Source: Lepidodermella squamata (lineage: Eukaryota; Animalia; Gastrotricha). From it: DNA of 64,000 nt. Each line of letters begins with the position of its first letter. The first letter of the stretch is position 1. Below the pieces are notes generated by a model, which worked only from the letters and a program-made list of their open reading frames with translations, was not told the DNA's origin and ran no database searches. The translations under genes were made by a program, and so were the position numbers. The stretch covers positions 682,001 through 746,000 of the forward strand of contig JBLDXI010000031.1 in the NCBI GenBank assembly GCA_047495785.1, written 5' to 3'. This document shows, in pieces, positions 61,562 through 64,000 of this stretch.

Positions 61562-63450
61562 TCATCTTGTTAAGGAAGTAGAATCTGCACCGATTAAGAT
61601 TATCGAAGTTATACCAACACCGCAGCAATCGAGAATTCGAACCCTACTGAGTCCGGAGCGTGTTGTTCTCACATGCCAGCCACTTGTCGCAAGGATATTC
61701 GCTATCGATGAATTAATTGTCAACATTACACAAGCAACAATCTGAATCTGCACAATTACATCAAGATATACTGTATCTTACTGTATCTGAAGTTTTAGGA
61801 ATATTCGCGAAAATCATTGCTAAGATAACGAAGAACGCTAAAACAACAGTAACGCCGTAACTAGACCTATCTGGGCAAGCCGGGTCCATTATTGGTGAGC
61901 TCAACTGAAGAATAACCAGCAAAATACTGGCAAACAAATCGCATTGATGTAACACGTATGCTTCCTCTCGAGTAGCATATCAAGCGACAGCACTTCGTAA
62001 CCATCGACTACAGAGATGTTGTAAGTAAAACCATGTTACAGCTTAGGCAGTGTCGAATGGGAAGAAGCTTAATTGGAAGCCATCACAGTTAGTTTCTATG
62101 CTACGCGTTTCTTGACAATGGCCGTATACTTCCTTCTCCGACGCTGCGAAGTTGATTTCACTGGTTATGTCCCGTAAGCGCAACCTCAGGAGCGTAACCT
62201 CGCTTGTGCGTAACTTTTCGTGTGCGCAACCTATGTGCGCGACCGACGTGCGCAACTATTGGGCGAAACCTGCTGTGTGTAAATAAATAAGTCAAAACAC
62301 GAGGTAATTCCCATTAGTTCATCCGCGCAAATATACGAATTCCTCCCGCAGTCATCCCGCACATCCCGCAGTTCATCATGTGGACGTCCACGTGTATTGC
62401 AGCGTGATAAAAATTTCTCTGCATTCCCCCATACAAAAAATAGTGTGCATATGTTAATGATTTTGCGAGAAGATGAATGCTTACTCATTGATACTGGCAA
62501 AAAATCATGTTTGTAGGGTGGGCCGGGTGGGATATAGCTTATCCCGCACCCTTATCCCGCAGTCCCGCAGTCATCCCGCAGTCCCGCATCACTGCAAACT
62601 GCGGGATGCTGCGGGAGGAATTTCTAAATGTGCACATTCTCGGAATTTTCAACCAGCCGTGTATTTGTCTAACCAATTCGCCCAACTCTGCGAACATAAA
62701 TTAAAAAAAAAGAATTTATTCAAAATTTAATTGAAATTTTTTTATTGCGTGATAAAAGGAGCTACAGTTTTGATCACCATCTTAACCATTTGCTAGCAAA
62801 CATGTATTACTTTAACTGTTGACAACATGATCCACCTCAACATAAATAGCACAAAGCACCCTGGCCGCAACTGTGAGGACGAAGAATCACAGCTATTAAG
62901 CGGGCGCGGCAGGCCTCTGAAGACTCAATTTCACTGTTATGGTTTGACAGAAGTTGCAGGATGTTGACGGCGTTAATATGCTCCCATTCTGGCCGCCATG
63001 ATTTCTTGGTGTCACTGCCAATCCATATTGTGAATCCTTCATCGTTCCCACCTTAAAATTCTGTGGCATTTAAAGGCTTACATAGGCTGCTAGGCAATGC
63101 CTACATCAGTCCGAATTGCGTAAACACTAGAGAGACTACGGAATCGAATGTGCAATATCACCAAAACTGTGGGATAGGAATGGAGTTACCTCCGATTCAA
63201 GTCGTCTATTGCTGTGATTCTTTCTAAGAAGCATTTAAACCACAATTTGATGGGTAATTCGTGCAACGCTCGCGTTAAGACGACGTAGGTTGGGAGGCAT
63301 CGCTGAGACGCAGCGGGACATAGTGATTCGAAAAACAACTGTTCAGCCACCTTCGATTTCGTCAATGTTTTTACATTATAAGCTGCGCTGAATGGTTGCA
63401 CAGCAATGATTGCAAGAAGATATGCCCAACTAAGATAGTATAGGATTATG
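61562..63450 (-). pseudogene. Pseudogenised paralog of the 60830 Cys-loop channel
   Basis: Homologous fragments (CPAASQR...ERITAIDDLNRR; ETNCDGFQLSFFPFD; PACPDRSSYGVTVVL) with a W>TAG stop, frameshifts, a deletion after the Cys-loop and a ~760 bp insertion; ends approximate. Confidence 0.85.
62170..62927. mobile_element. Insertion in the channel pseudogene flanked by an imperfect 14-bp direct repeat
   Basis: atttcactg(g)ttatg at 62155..62169 and 62928..62941; internal (at)cccgca repeats in both orientations. Confidence 0.55.
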
Positions 63451-63624
63451 ACAGAACTGATGCAGCCGGAACCTTAACTCTTAACTAATTCCCCTTCAAG
63501 ATCGAGGTTCGAGAGAACGACTGCAACCGAATTTGTTTCTCATTGAGAATCGAAAATTAGTTTAATAGCAAGTTGGCCTTATCCTTTGATTTGAATAGAC
63601 TAAAAGCGAGGCTAATTTCCAACC

Positions 63625-63712
63625 GCTCCAGTTGCATAGTTGGTTAGTGCGTCGTACTTATAAGCAGTACTCGATTGTACGCTGAGTTATGCGAAGGTCG
63701 CGAGTTCGAGCC
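63625..63712 (+). pseudogene. 3'-truncated tRNA-Ile(TAT) copy
   Basis: Matches the tRNA through GTTCGAGCC, then loses the 3' T-arm/acceptor strand and joins a copy of the upstream flank of the 59485 gene. Confidence 0.9.
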
Positions 63713-63759
63713 AAATGGGAATGGGTTCTAGGTGAGTTAATCGCTCCAGATTCTCAGCC

Positions 63760-63859
63760 GCTCCAGTTGCATAGTTGGTTAGTGCGTCGTACTTATAAGC
63801 AGTACTCGAATGTACGCTGAGTTATGCGAAGGTCGCGAGTTCGAGCCTCGCCTGGAGCA
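63760..63859 (+). tRNA. tRNA-Ile-TAT: tRNA-Ile(TAT), intron-containing
   Basis: Complete copy; shares ~40 nt upstream flank and the downstream atgttttt with the 59485 copy. Confidence 0.95.
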
Positions 63860-64000
63860 ATGTTTTTGTGACTTCACGAAACTATCGTTTTGAAATGGAC
63901 CTACTGACTAGTAGTGACCAAGCGGCAGGGTGAAAAGGAAGGAATCAAAACGAAGAATCGCGTGCCGAGCCTAAAATACGTTATTAAATTGCTTGAATTA

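Noticed and set aside
1-64000. CRISPR arrays or prokaryotic operons/defence systems
   Set aside because: Spliceosomal introns, intron-containing eukaryotic tRNAs and animal gene families throughout; no regularly spaced repeat-spacer array seen

Overview
Gene-dense region of a compact eukaryotic (invertebrate animal-like) genome. Most introns are 46-60 nt GT-AG, so the supplied ORF track fragments many genes; I rebuilt exon chains by hand and checked splice phases. 1-31 kb is a co-directional (+) secretory cluster. It holds 11 divergent, essentially disulfide-free lipocalins. One partial copy is fused to a Kunitz-like domain; the other ten carry Thr/Pro/Gln/Asn-rich tails with Trp/Phe motifs (recurrent WPF). 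Two lipocalin-less secreted proteins with the same tail grammar and a cathepsin L with a mucin-like insert are embedded in it. Most mature proteins are predicted to start with Gln and several end in Gly/Gly-Arg. Also present: five ankyrin-repeat genes (two fused to a NEK-like kinase, one catalytically degenerate), five intact and one pseudogenised minimal Cys-loop ligand-gated channels (~25-aa M3-M4 loop, no ACh-type loop B/C residues, PDR motif before M2), a tandem LamG/ConA-like protein, a soluble 5xLDLa protein, a GT10 fucosyltransferase, two PQQ/BamB-like beta-propellers with GPI-type tails, four intron-containing tRNA-Ile(TAT) copies interdigitated with channel duplicates, a CACTA-like non-autonomous element and a tRNA-derived SINE. 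The best candidate novel system is the secreted lipocalin/low-complexity WPF-tail cluster, followed by the minimal Cys-loop receptor expansion. No database searches or folding programs were run; family calls rest on motif recognition.
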